The position numbers and the translations under genes are program-made. The notes under the pieces are model-generated. The model was not told the DNA's origin. It did not search any database and was given only the letters and a program-made list of their open reading frames with translations. Below are positions 9,613 to 18,869 of a stretch of 64,000 nt of DNA, piece after piece (position 1 is the first letter of the stretch; each line of letters begins with the position of its first letter). The DNA comes from Candidatus Bathyarchaeota archaeon (lineage in GTDB: Archaea; Thermoproteota; Bathyarchaeia; Bathyarchaeales; Bathycorpusculaceae): positions 1-64,000 of the forward strand of contig CAVZIW010000012.1 of NCBI GenBank assembly GCA_963775465.1, given 5' to 3'.

Positions 9613-9761
9613 AACACCCCCAATATTTTTGTTTTTGTTTCGTAAAGGCCTTTCACGAATTGAGATTTTGCCATAATTGTGAACAATCGTGTTACATGTA
9701 GATTTACCTTATACGCAAAGAAAAGAGGGAGCTTGCGAGTGACACCACGGCAACTTAAGGT

Positions 9762-9783
9762 GTTCGACTCCGAACCCCCTGCA
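9762..9783 (+). repeat. Degenerate copy of the tRNA-Leu 3' att fragment
   Basis: GTTCGACTCCGAACCCCCTGCA versus GTTCGAATCCCA-CCCCCTGCA. Confidence 0.65.
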
Positions 9784-10146
9784 TTTGAGTCGAACTCCAT
9801 CGATTAGTTTTGCCAGTGGTTTTTAAGCTGAAAAGTGAAGGCAGAAAAGACACTAACTTGAGATGCTGAAAGGTCACATAATCTGACAAAAAACTCAAAA
9901 AAGAACACTCTGCCCATCCTCATCCCACCCATCCTACATAACCTGCGAGAAAAAAGACCGATTTCCCCATCCCAACGCAAATAAAAAAACAGCCCAAACC
10001 AAAAAACCAAACCCTCCGACAACCCAAAGATGGGATGGGACAACTCTGCAAACACCCATCCCCACAAAGAAACAAAAAATGAAAAACCAACCAACAGTAA
10101 ACCCTTTCTCTGCCCAGAGCCTCTTTCGGGAAAGAAATCAGTATAA

Positions 10147-10190
10147 TTCGAATCCCAAACCCCTGCACAATATAAAAAAACTCTAGAGGC
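10147..10190 (+). repeat. Degenerate copy of the att fragment plus its downstream flank
   Basis: TTCGAATCCCAAACCCCTGCACAATATAAAAAAACTCTAGAGG versus TTCGAATCCCACCCCCTGCACCATATATAAATAAACTCTAGGGG starting at 8369. Confidence 0.8.
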
Positions 10191-10313
10191 CCAAATGGCG
10201 ATGTGGAAAGCGTGTTTCAGCAGTTTTCCCTTGCCTTCTCTCGGGCTTGAGGTCGAAATTCAAGGCAAAAATTAATATTCTGAAAAAAACAAATCCCCAA
10301 ATCAGGGTTAACA

Positions 10314-10802
10314 ATGAAGGGAATAATCATTTACGACACCTCCTACGGAAACACCCAGAAAATTGCTGAAGTACTTGCAGAAACGCTAAAAGAGGCAAGA
10401 ATTGAAACCGATGTTTTCCACATAAAAAAAGTCAAGAAATTAAGCGGAAAGGAATACAAATTTCTAGCTCTTGGCTCTCCAACAAAATACGGCACCATGA
10501 GCTTTGCAATGAAGTTCTTCTTAGGCAAAATAAAAAGTGAGGAATGGACAAACAAGCCCTTCATTGCTTTCGACACAGAAAACCCAGAGAACGTTGAGAA
10601 ATCTCGTGAAGAGAACAAAAACTGGAGCGCAGCAGAGAAGATCGCCGAGAAACTCGAGGAGAAGAAGATGAACCAACTGCTGCCCGTTTTGAAAGGCCTT
10701 GTGCAAGGTTGGAAAGGTCCACTTGTCGAAGGAGAGATAGAACGCACAAAAAACTACGCTAACGAAATGGCAACCAAATTGAAGGAAAACCTTATTCCCT
10801 GA
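10314..10802 (+). CDS. Flavodoxin domain protein
   Basis: IIYDTSYGNTQKIA, LGSPT and AFDT motifs. Confidence 0.88.
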   Translation: MKGIIIYDTSYGNTQKIAEVLAETLKEARIETDVFHIKKVKKLSGKEYKFLALGSPTKYGTMSFAMKFFLGKIKSEEWTNKPFIAFDTENPENVEKSREENKNWSAAEKIAEKLEEKKMNQLLPVLKGLVQGWKGPLVEGEIERTKNYANEMATKLKENLIP

Positions 10803-10837
10803 ATTGCTCGTGAAATAAAATAATTGAAGGAGTTTAA

Positions 10838-11389
10838 ATGAGAAGACTTTTGAAAATTATAATAATTGTTTTTGCTGTCATACTTGTCTTAATCGTTTCA
10901 GCCTTTGCCGCCTTAAGTTTAGACATATCAAGCTTCGGCGCAACTGGCAGTGAAACTCTAAATCCGGCAGGCAGCCCGATTGGGCGCGCATTGGTTGTTT
11001 ACGACCCCGGCTTCTCTGGCGCCGCAAAACAGGATGCGGCAAAGATTGCAGATAACCTTCAAGCAGAAGGCTACATAGTTGATTTAGCGGGAGTGCGAAG
11101 CGAGACGGCCGGCAACAAAACGGGCTATGCTGTGATTGTCGCTGGAGGTCCAGTGTATTTCGGACAAGTCAGCAGCTCGATTGGGGAATTCTTGAAGACG
11201 GTTCCGATAAATGTAAGATTAGGAGTGTTTGGGGCTACAGGTTCAAGTACGTTTTCAGAGAGCGATTTCACATCATTTGCGAATCAAGTTACCCATGCTA
11301 CTCTAAATGAAGGGGTCACCTTAAAATTGATATTAGATGGGAACGAGGCAAATGACTGCGCAGACTTAGTTTCAAAGATAGTGCAATAG
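10838..11389 (+). CDS. Membrane-anchored flavodoxin-fold protein
   Basis: N-terminal TM helix; ALVVYDPGFSG and VAGGPVYFG. Confidence 0.7.
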   Translation: MRRLLKIIIIVFAVILVLIVSAFAALSLDISSFGATGSETLNPAGSPIGRALVVYDPGFSGAAKQDAAKIADNLQAEGYIVDLAGVRSETAGNKTGYAVIVAGGPVYFGQVSSSIGEFLKTVPINVRLGVFGATGSSTFSESDFTSFANQVTHATLNEGVTLKLILDGNEANDCADLVSKIVQ

Positions 11390-11741
11390 AGATAGCACAA
11401 ATAATTAGTGTCCTAGGTCACAATTGCTAATTGCAAAGGAAAGTTCAAATTGGAATCAAAAAACGGTCAACGGTGAAGAAGAGGATCTTGATTTCTCATG
11501 GGAAAAAACTTGAAGCCTTTAGATGAATTGAAGAATATGCTTACTGATTAGTCTTTACACCTGTAGTTTTAGTGGGCAAGCAAGCGGGGCAGAAACGGCT
11601 AGTTTAAAATCAGCTACTTTTAGGAGATCGATTCTGTCTTCATTAATAGATTTACTCTTGGTTTTTACAAAGACTGTTCTACCAAAGGTACTGCTCAAAC
11701 TTTTTTAATATCAGAATAGCTTACCCTCATAGGCGAGTTTT

Positions 11742-12083
11742 TTGTTTTTTGGGCACAAAAATAAACCTCAAAGTGAACTCAAAGTTGACTTCGGCGATTT
11801 ACAAAACGAAAAAGAAAACCTAACAAGTTTTCTTCAACAACACCTCAAAGTTTCAGTTTCCCAAGTTGAAGAGAAGTTAAGAGTAGATTCAGAAAATGTG
11901 TCACTTCAGGAACTGCAGCATGCAGTAAACAAGTTTGTCTACCACCGAGACCTAAACAACACTCATTGGGTCTCTGTTGAAGGTGAAACTGTAAAAATTA
12001 ACAGATTTAAATTCGTCGAGAAAAAAGAGAAACCTGAAAAAGAGCCTCCTCACCAAACTGCTGCACAAAGCTGGGGACTATAA
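11742..12083 (+). CDS. Ribosomal protein eL22-like protein
   Basis: Size and pattern (L.SFL..HLKV...L.V....S...L...V.KF.Y...L....WV) resemble eL22 homologues; recognised from memory. Confidence 0.5.
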   Translation: MFFGHKNKPQSELKVDFGDLQNEKENLTSFLQQHLKVSVSQVEEKLRVDSENVSLQELQHAVNKFVYHRDLNNTHWVSVEGETVKINRFKFVEKKEKPEKEPPHQTAAQSWGL

Positions 12084-12165
12084 AAAACTGCGTCAGCTTC
12101 ACCAAAATTGATTAATTTAAGCACACCGATCAGGTGGCAATTTACAATTTTGAGCGCTTTAACTA

Positions 12166-12207
12166 GTGTTCCAAGTCTTGAAACGCTTGTTTCAAAGTGT
12201 CCCTTAA
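12166..12207 (+). promoter_or_regulatory. Operator/promoter box with TTGAAAC-N4-GTTTCAA palindrome (copy 1)
   Basis: 42-bp element repeated at 13928-13969; each copy lies just upstream of a secreted-protein gene. Confidence 0.75.
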
Positions 12208-12244
12208 TTGGAGGATTAAGAAATAATACTATCGGTGATATGAA

Positions 12245-13243
12245 ATGCTCAAAAAAAGCAAAGTCACAATAATAGCAATACTAGCAACAATCATATTGAC
12301 GACAACTCCTGCAATGCTCGTAGCGCAAGGACAGATTCAAACTGCCCCCTCACAACAAATGTTAACACTCGCTGAAAAAGCAGGCCAACAAACCCAAAAC
12401 CTAATCAACATGATAAACGCAGACCAAAACGCCCTCGCACAAATCCAAACCGCCGGTCTCACTTATGAGTTCAAAGAAAATGCAACGTTGTTCTTAACTG
12501 GCTTAGCATACTTAGAAACCGCAAAAACAGCACTGGCAAACTCTGAATACCAAGATTCCATAGATTCCATGGTGCAAGCTTTGAGCGTTTTCAGAGAAGT
12601 CTACAGCTCCATACATGCAATACTCCAAGCAGCCGATCTCGAAAAAGGAGACTTAATTGAAAATCAGGCGATTATGGAAGCCATAACACGTGATCTTCAA
12701 AGAATAGACAACCTCGAAGAAATACTACCTGATGGATCCCCACAAGAGATCTTGAAATTATTAGATGACACCAAAGAACTACTGAACCAAGCTAAAACGT
12801 TGCTGCTTGATGGCGATATAACAGCAGCTAGATCAGCTTTTCTGGAAGCTAAACAAGACATATCAGAAGTCTATCAATACCTGAAAGGACAAGCTGAAGA
12901 ATCTAACACTGGGAGACTAAACAACTACTGCCAAGGAATCCAAGAAAGAATCCAAGAAAGATTCAGATACGGTAAAAATCAAGGCGTTGACTTCACAGGT
13001 GTGCTGCAATCTTACGGTTACCAAACTGAAAGCCAATTTATGGAAGCCCTCCAAAACCGTATTCAAACCGCCCAAACTGAGCAAAACTTTAACCTTGCCC
13101 TGGAAGATTGCGAATCAATCAGCCAAATGGTCCAACAAATGGAGCAGTCGATGAATCATGAAATAAGCAGTTATCAAGCGCAAAAAGGACCTATCAACAG
13201 TGGCAGCTCAGGCAATAGTGGCGGCATCGGCGGCCATCCATAA
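12245..13243 (+). CDS. Secreted alpha-helical hypothetical protein
   Basis: Signal peptide, Q/E/A-rich helical body, Gly/Ser tail. Confidence 0.75.
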   Translation: MLKKSKVTIIAILATIILTTTPAMLVAQGQIQTAPSQQMLTLAEKAGQQTQNLINMINADQNALAQIQTAGLTYEFKENATLFLTGLAYLETAKTALANSEYQDSIDSMVQALSVFREVYSSIHAILQAADLEKGDLIENQAIMEAITRDLQRIDNLEEILPDGSPQEILKLLDDTKELLNQAKTLLLDGDITAARSAFLEAKQDISEVYQYLKGQAEESNTGRLNNYCQGIQERIQERFRYGKNQGVDFTGVLQSYGYQTESQFMEALQNRIQTAQTEQNFNLALEDCESISQMVQQMEQSMNHEISSYQAQKGPINSGSSGNSGGIGGHP

Positions 13244-13283
13244 GAAAAAAGCAAAGTCGTTTCCCAACCTCTCATTTTTGTTT

Positions 13284-13870
13284 CTCTATCTAAAGTTAAA
13301 CTTGATTTTCAAGATAATTCTCATTATATCCACAAGCCCCAACCTTTCAAGACGCTTAACCAGTTCCAAAGACACCTCCAATGCAATTTTTGGAGACCAC
13401 TCTCGCATTTCTACCTCGAAATCTTTTCCATCTTTTCAACCGAGAACTCGATTGCTAATATGTCTTCCTTCACTAAATCCATAAGGCTGCTCAACATCTT
13501 TGACGCTAAGTGTTCTTTTCCAAAAGCAACAAATATCTCATTGAGAATTTCTGCTGCGACTACGATTTTGCAACGATCAAATATTAGATTGGAATCGCCC
13601 AATCTCCTTTTTATTGAACCTCCAGTTACGATGAAACTATACAATCAAGTTTCCAATGCCAGGATAAAGAGGCAAGTACAATTCCTCACCAGTTATGAGT
13701 ATTCTGTTAATGCTTGGTTTAGGTATACGATTGTTGAGTTTATAGGAAATGAACCTTCTAGCCAGGGGTGGCTCACGATTAGGGTCCGTACAGTTTCTTA
13801 TTTGTTCGTAAACGCAATTAGGTCATATTCAACAGAGACTCAAGCATGGTCTCTGGCATGGCTGAGGAAC
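13284..13870 (-). pseudogene. Decayed membrane-associated wHTH regulator (boundaries approximate)
   Basis: Fragments DLVKEDILAIEF.VEK, EVEMRE and SLELVKRLERLGLVDI resemble the C-terminal wHTH of archaeal membrane-anchored regulators; interrupted by stops and shifts. Confidence 0.45.
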
Positions 13871-13927
13871 GTCAAGCTTACCCTGTACCTGTTGGCAGAA
13901 GTTAAATCGTTGAAGCATAAAGATAGG

Positions 13928-13969
13928 GTGTTTCAAGTTTTGGAACGCTTATTTCAAAGTATCCCTTAA
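13928..13969 (+). promoter_or_regulatory. Operator/promoter box (copy 2)
   Basis: GTGTTTCAAGTTTTGGAACGCTTATTTCAAAGTATCCCTTAA, 37/42 identical to copy 1 by eye. Confidence 0.75.
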
Positions 13970-14005
13970 GTCAGGGGAAAAGTATATCATATCTCGTGAT
14001 TTACG

Positions 14006-14794
14006 ATGATATCAAGAAAAATGAATGGAAAAAAACTCGGTGCCTTCGCAATGGCTTTGTTGATTGTTGCGTATATTGTACCTTTATACGTAGCTGCGGC
14101 TGGTTCTGGAGAACCTTCGAGTGATAGTAAATATCCAGATGTGCCTGGTGCCCCTGACAATGCAGTGCAATACAATAAAACCGACACTACACCAGTGGCT
14201 GAAATGGCGCAAGTTGCAGCTGGAGAATCAGCTCTATTCCAATATAGAAACATGACCATGATAATGAACTGTTCAAAGAACTGTGACGTAGTCTTCAACT
14301 CAGATCCAAAAGTAACACCCAAGATCCTGGGCTTATCCGTGGATCCAAATCAGACAATGACACTAACGATGAACATGTACGAATCACCACTTCTGGGCGA
14401 ACAAGTTATGGAACGATCTCTGAACTTCTACTTAGGCATAGAACCCAACGCTGAATTGCAATTGACGGCGCAGATAAGATTACACATAAACCAAACAGAA
14501 CTAAGTCAAGAGCTAAATAGAGAAGTTAACGCCTCACAACTAACCTGGATGTACTGGAACACGACACAGGCACAATGGGCACCTGTTGAGAGCTTCATGG
14601 ACCAAAACGGGTACATTGTGTGCAACACTAACCACTTCTCAACTTGGACTGTAGCAGAACTCGAAAGTACAACAGAACCTCAAACCGCCACAACTCAAAG
14701 TGGAATACCAGTCGACTACATCTACCTGAGTGCAGCTGCAATCGCCATAGTCGTGGTCGTAGTCGGAGTATTCGCGTACAAAAAGCGTAAATAG
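14006..14794 (+). CDS. Cell-surface protein with signal peptide and C-terminal TM anchor
   Basis: YWNTTQAQW...TNHFSTW motif, Thr-rich linker, TM helix followed by KKRK. Confidence 0.8.
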   Translation: MISRKMNGKKLGAFAMALLIVAYIVPLYVAAAGSGEPSSDSKYPDVPGAPDNAVQYNKTDTTPVAEMAQVAAGESALFQYRNMTMIMNCSKNCDVVFNSDPKVTPKILGLSVDPNQTMTLTMNMYESPLLGEQVMERSLNFYLGIEPNAELQLTAQIRLHINQTELSQELNREVNASQLTWMYWNTTQAQWAPVESFMDQNGYIVCNTNHFSTWTVAELESTTEPQTATTQSGIPVDYIYLSAAAIAIVVVVVGVFAYKKRK

Positions 14795-14965
14795 CCACAA
14801 ACCAGCAACTCTCCCTCAACCTTTCCTTTTTTGGTTATCGATTTACATTCACATCACGGTTAATCCAGCATTTTTCTACGTACAAAGAAAATGATTCCGG
14901 CATGTCAATGCAGTCAAACTGCGATAATACCAAACCTTAGATTACCCTCACGAGCAAGCTATTGA

Positions 14966-14990
14966 GGTTTGAAATCGACTCCTTGCACAA
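14966..14990 (+). repeat. Highly degenerate copy of the att fragment
   Basis: GGTTTGAAATCGACTCCTTGCACAA, 18/25 to GGTTCGAATCCCACCCCCTGCACCA. Confidence 0.45.
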
Positions 14991-15133
14991 AAAATAAAAT
15001 TGGCGTTGAAAAATTGCGGCCAAATATTTCTATTCAATAGTTTTTTAAAGTCACATAACAATAACTCTCCACCCAGCATAGGCATTAGTCTATGGTCGGG
15101 AGTTAACCACTTACCCATAAAGGAGAGAAAAAA

Positions 15134-16246
15134 ATGAAAAAACAAATGCTTACATCCATTATTATCGCATTTTTCCTTTTTTCAGTTGCATCTACATTCC
15201 AAATATCCCAATGCCAAACAGTGGCCCCGGGAACAACAGCAACTCCGACGCCAACAGAAGCAACAACCCAAGGAAGTACCCCTGACTTTTTACTCACAAT
15301 TGGAATCATAGCTGTGGTTGCAGTAGTTATCGGAGTCACCTCTGCAATCATAATTTTCAAGAGAAAAAAGGTTAATGAAAAAACCTTGAAAAGATTTTCA
15401 TCAAATCATTTCCAAGAATGGGTTATCAAAAAATTTAATGGCAAACCAAGCGAACCTTCAACTGGAATAAACGGTTTTACTGAAGGGGGACAACCACTTT
15501 TAATTATACAATCCGATAAGGTAAGCTTGGCCGAGGTTGAAAACTTCGTCAAAGTTTTAATAAAAGGAAAAGCCCAAAAGGGTACAGTTGTTGCTTTCGA
15601 TTTTGACAAAGACACCATAGAAGGAAGAGTAACAGCTATGGAAAATGGAATTGAGCTTCAACTGTTACGCATCAACGAACTATTAAACAAACGCTTCTCT
15701 GCTAGAATCAAAAACCTTGCTCTTTCAAAGGTTACTTTTGAAGCTCCTGTTACGTATACAACAAACGATCAAGCTGCAAAAACAGTAAGTTTTGAAAAAA
15801 TGCCTACTGACCTCCAAAAAGATGGGCTGAAAAAACCGCGAGTCTTCATTTCTAACAGTGATACCAAAGTTGCTGAACAAGTTAAAAGAATGTTAGATTT
15901 TCTTCATTATGACTATGTCATGGGTGATAAAGAAGAAAGCACTGTTCCTATTTCCAGTAGTAAATTTGGGTTAATGAAGAACTGTGATTGTGCAATAATT
16001 AATATCGCTGCTGCTGAACAAGAGAGAAGGTATAGCGGTCTTTATGACCTTAATTCTAATGTTATCTCAGAAATCAATGCGGCTTATCTGAAATACAATA
16101 CGCAAGTGATCTTGTTGGTTGAAAGAAAAGTGGAGCTTCCCTCTAATTTTAAGGGTCTAAAAAGAATAGAATATGACAATGATGATTTGTCTTTCAATGC
16201 AGCAATGGATCTGGATAAGGCTTTGGCGGATTTCAAAGAAATATAG
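15134..16246 (+). CDS. Single-pass membrane protein with degenerate Mrr-like REase domain and C-terminal TIR (CAP12/Pycsar-type) domain
   Basis: Signal peptide, T/P stalk, TM helix plus KRKK; FQEWV...GING...IIQS...VENF...KGTVVAFDF; RVFISNS...CDCAIINI...NSNVISEINAA...VILLVE...LPSNFKGLKRIEY. Confidence 0.75.
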   Translation: MKKQMLTSIIIAFFLFSVASTFQISQCQTVAPGTTATPTPTEATTQGSTPDFLLTIGIIAVVAVVIGVTSAIIIFKRKKVNEKTLKRFSSNHFQEWVIKKFNGKPSEPSTGINGFTEGGQPLLIIQSDKVSLAEVENFVKVLIKGKAQKGTVVAFDFDKDTIEGRVTAMENGIELQLLRINELLNKRFSARIKNLALSKVTFEAPVTYTTNDQAAKTVSFEKMPTDLQKDGLKKPRVFISNSDTKVAEQVKRMLDFLHYDYVMGDKEESTVPISSSKFGLMKNCDCAIINIAAAEQERRYSGLYDLNSNVISEINAAYLKYNTQVILLVERKVELPSNFKGLKRIEYDNDDLSFNAAMDLDKALADFKEI

Positions 16247-16317
16247 TTTATCTTGGATTCCTTCTTTAGCCAGAACGTATTAGCAAACTTTAGCTGGCTC
16301 CGAGAAGTGAAGGCTCG

Positions 16318-17628
16318 CTAAAGTCTACGTTTTCTAGAGTAGAACAAAAAACCAGCTCCAATTATTACTGCAATTACAGTAATGATAACTGAGGCTATGA
16401 GTGCAACAGGGAAAAACTCGTCATTTGGCAAAGGCGTAGACAATGAAATAGTAGGCGAAGCTGAAGGTAAAAGTGGGGAAGGTTGAGGAACTGTAATTGA
16501 GCCAAAAGCGTAAATGTTGTTGTCATTCGAGCCTATGTAGAGTACACCATTAGCGATTGAGGGAAAAGATTCCACAGAGCTTCCAGTTGTGTAGCTCCAT
16601 ATTTTGCTGCCCGTTGCAGCATCCAATGCATAGACATTATTATCGCACGAACCGACATATACTACATCGTCTGCTACTGTAGGACTTGAATCGATCTTAT
16701 CGCCAGTTTTATAGCTCCATACTTTATCGCCTGAAAGAGCATTAAAAGCGTAGATGTAGCCATCATCAGACCCTATGTACACCAAACTGTTGGCGACAGC
16801 TGGAGAAGACTCCACAGTTCCACTTGTTGCGTAACTCCATATATTATTGCCTGTTTTTGCGTCTAAAGCATATACCGAGTTACCCGACCCAAAATAGACA
16901 ACGTTGTTAACGACTGCAGAAGAAGAATATAGAGGACCAAGAGTTGTAAAGTTCCATATTTTTGTCCCGGTAGCAGCGTTGAGGGCATAGGCGGTGTCAT
17001 AAGAGTTTACATAAAGCACGTCGCCAACAAATGCTGGATTAGTGTAAACAAAATTACTAGTTTTAAAGCTCCAGATCATAGTGCCCGATGAGGCATCTAA
17101 TGCATACATATAGTGGTCATTTGACCCAACATAAACCACAGAATTAACGACAATAGGAGAAGAATACACCTCGCCACCAGTCGTAAAATTCCATCTTAAG
17201 CCACCATCTTCAGTGTTTAACGCGTATACGTTATGATCACGTGAACCAAAATAAACAACGCCATCACTGACCGATGCGGAAGACTTTATCGGACCAGTAA
17301 CAGGGTAACTCCAAATTTTGGAGCCAACTGCGGCATCCAATGCATAAAAATTGGAATCTTGAGAACCCACATAAACTACACCGCCCACTACTGCAGGAGA
17401 ACAATATTCAATGGAATTTTTGGTCGGGAAAACCCACAAAGATTGGTTAGTTAACGGCCCAGTTGATGCAGTATAACCAGTGTGAGCTAAATCATGATGG
17501 AAAGTGGGCGACCAATCCACAACTGATTCTTGGGCATACACTGTCAAAAATATTGAGCCCCAAAGGCATAGGAGAAAAGTTAGAATCAAAAAGTAGGTTA
17601 TTACTTTCTTGCTATGAATAGTGTTCAA
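16318..17628 (-). CDS. PQQ-like beta-propeller repeat surface protein
   Basis: Repeated SSP.V..G.VY.GS.D..VYAL.A.TG..IW units, signal peptide and C-terminal TM; probable TTG start at 17628. Confidence 0.88.
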   Translation of the reverse strand: MNTIHSKKVITYFLILTFLLCLWGSIFLTVYAQESVVDWSPTFHHDLAHTGYTASTGPLTNQSLWVFPTKNSIEYCSPAVVGGVVYVGSQDSNFYALDAAVGSKIWSYPVTGPIKSSASVSDGVVYFGSRDHNVYALNTEDGGLRWNFTTGGEVYSSPIVVNSVVYVGSNDHYMYALDASSGTMIWSFKTSNFVYTNPAFVGDVLYVNSYDTAYALNAATGTKIWNFTTLGPLYSSSAVVNNVVYFGSGNSVYALDAKTGNNIWSYATSGTVESSPAVANSLVYIGSDDGYIYAFNALSGDKVWSYKTGDKIDSSPTVADDVVYVGSCDNNVYALDAATGSKIWSYTTGSSVESFPSIANGVLYIGSNDNNIYAFGSITVPQPSPLLPSASPTISLSTPLPNDEFFPVALIASVIITVIAVIIGAGFLFYSRKRRL

Positions 17629-17662
17629 CCACCAAGATTGGTTCACATTAAATAAAAAGGGG

Positions 17663-18643
17663 TTAAGAGGTTGAATTAAAGAGTTCTGGGTAAAACGCTT
17701 CAGCTGCCACCGCAATCTGCTCCGCAATCCTTGGCCCTGCCTCAGCAAACAAATCCCCACTAACAACTATCACCCGATCATTCTCCACCGCACTAATCGA
17801 ACTCCAACCCGGCCTAGCCTTAACATCAGCCACACTCCCATAGAAAGGCGCCTCCCCAGTATTCGCCATCTCAGAAGGCAACATAATAACATCAGGATCA
17901 CTCTGCACCACTGTTTCAGAACTAACCGCAGGATACTGCTGAGTTTCACCGCCAAAAATGTTAACCCCACCAGCCTTAGAAATCACATCATTAATAAACG
18001 AGCCATTGCCAGCAGACATCAAAGGAGGAGTCCACACCTCATAGTAAACCTTAGGCTTAGGCAAATCAGCAGAAGCAATTTTTGCTTCTATAGCGTCAAT
18101 CTGACTAGATAAAGAATCCACCAACACAGCCGCATCCTGATCCACACCAGCAGCTTTACCCACCATAGAAATATCACCTAACACACCATCAACATCATTA
18201 GGGTTCAAAACCAAAACCTTGTAACCTAAATCCCGCAAAGTCACAACATCCGGATCATTAATAGGCGTAGCCAAAATCAAGTCTGGTTTTAACGAGGCGA
18301 TGGTTTCTTTGTTAGGTGTAGAGAAACCCCCGATACTGGTAATGTTTCCAGCTTCTATCCAAGCAGTAAAGTTGTAAGGATAATGGTCATAATCGGTTAT
18401 TCCCACAACTTTGTCATCTAAGCCTATGGCAAAGAGGATTTGGGTGTTGCTTGGGGCAAGAGAAATAATTCTTTGCGGAATCGAGGAAAAGGTTGTTGCA
18501 TAGCCCTCATCATCAACAACTGTAACGCTATTTTGATTATTTGATTGGCTTGAATTGTTATAGTTGAAGTAAATGAAAGTGGCAGAAACGATAGAAACTA
18601 TGATTATTATGGTGGCAATATATAGTATGTATTTTTTATTCAT
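17663..18643 (-). CDS. Cobalamin/iron ABC transporter substrate-binding protein (BtuF-like)
   Basis: PQRIISLAPSNTQILFAIG, E.I..LKPDLIL, KAGGVNIF, W..I.AV.N.RV, GPRI. Confidence 0.88.
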   Translation of the reverse strand: MNKKYILYIATIIIIVSIVSATFIYFNYNNSSQSNNQNSVTVVDDEGYATTFSSIPQRIISLAPSNTQILFAIGLDDKVVGITDYDHYPYNFTAWIEAGNITSIGGFSTPNKETIASLKPDLILATPINDPDVVTLRDLGYKVLVLNPNDVDGVLGDISMVGKAAGVDQDAAVLVDSLSSQIDAIEAKIASADLPKPKVYYEVWTPPLMSAGNGSFINDVISKAGGVNIFGGETQQYPAVSSETVVQSDPDVIMLPSEMANTGEAPFYGSVADVKARPGWSSISAVENDRVIVVSGDLFAEAGPRIAEQIAVAAEAFYPELFNSTS

Positions 18644-18666
18644 ATTCTTTTAACCCTTTTAGCATA

Positions 18667-18685
18667 TGGATGGATAATCCATCCA
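18667..18685. promoter_or_regulatory. Perfect palindrome TGGATGGAT-A-ATCCATCCA, putative operator
   Basis: Lies between a minus-strand TTAAATA box (18691-18697) and the BtuF-like ATG at 18643. Confidence 0.7.
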
Positions 18686-18869
18686 ACACATATTTAAGCT
18701 TTAACTAAAAACAAGCTATCTGGAGAATCAATGCTAAAAACAGAAGGATCTTAATACGAGATAATTTATAAGCAAAAAAAATATTCAGCAGCATTTATGT
18801 TTTGGGGATTTTTGAAAGTTTCCAGTCATTTTAGAAACAAATAGTCCATGTTGATTTTGTGCGAAAAAA

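Noticed and set aside
13460-13969. 169-aa plus-strand ORF
   Set aside because: No recognisable features, it runs through the operator box, and the opposite strand carries wHTH remnants.
16400-17420. Tandem DNA repeats or CRISPR-like periodicity
   Set aside because: Explained by PQQ beta-propeller protein repeats. No identical repeats with unique spacers and no cas genes in the window.
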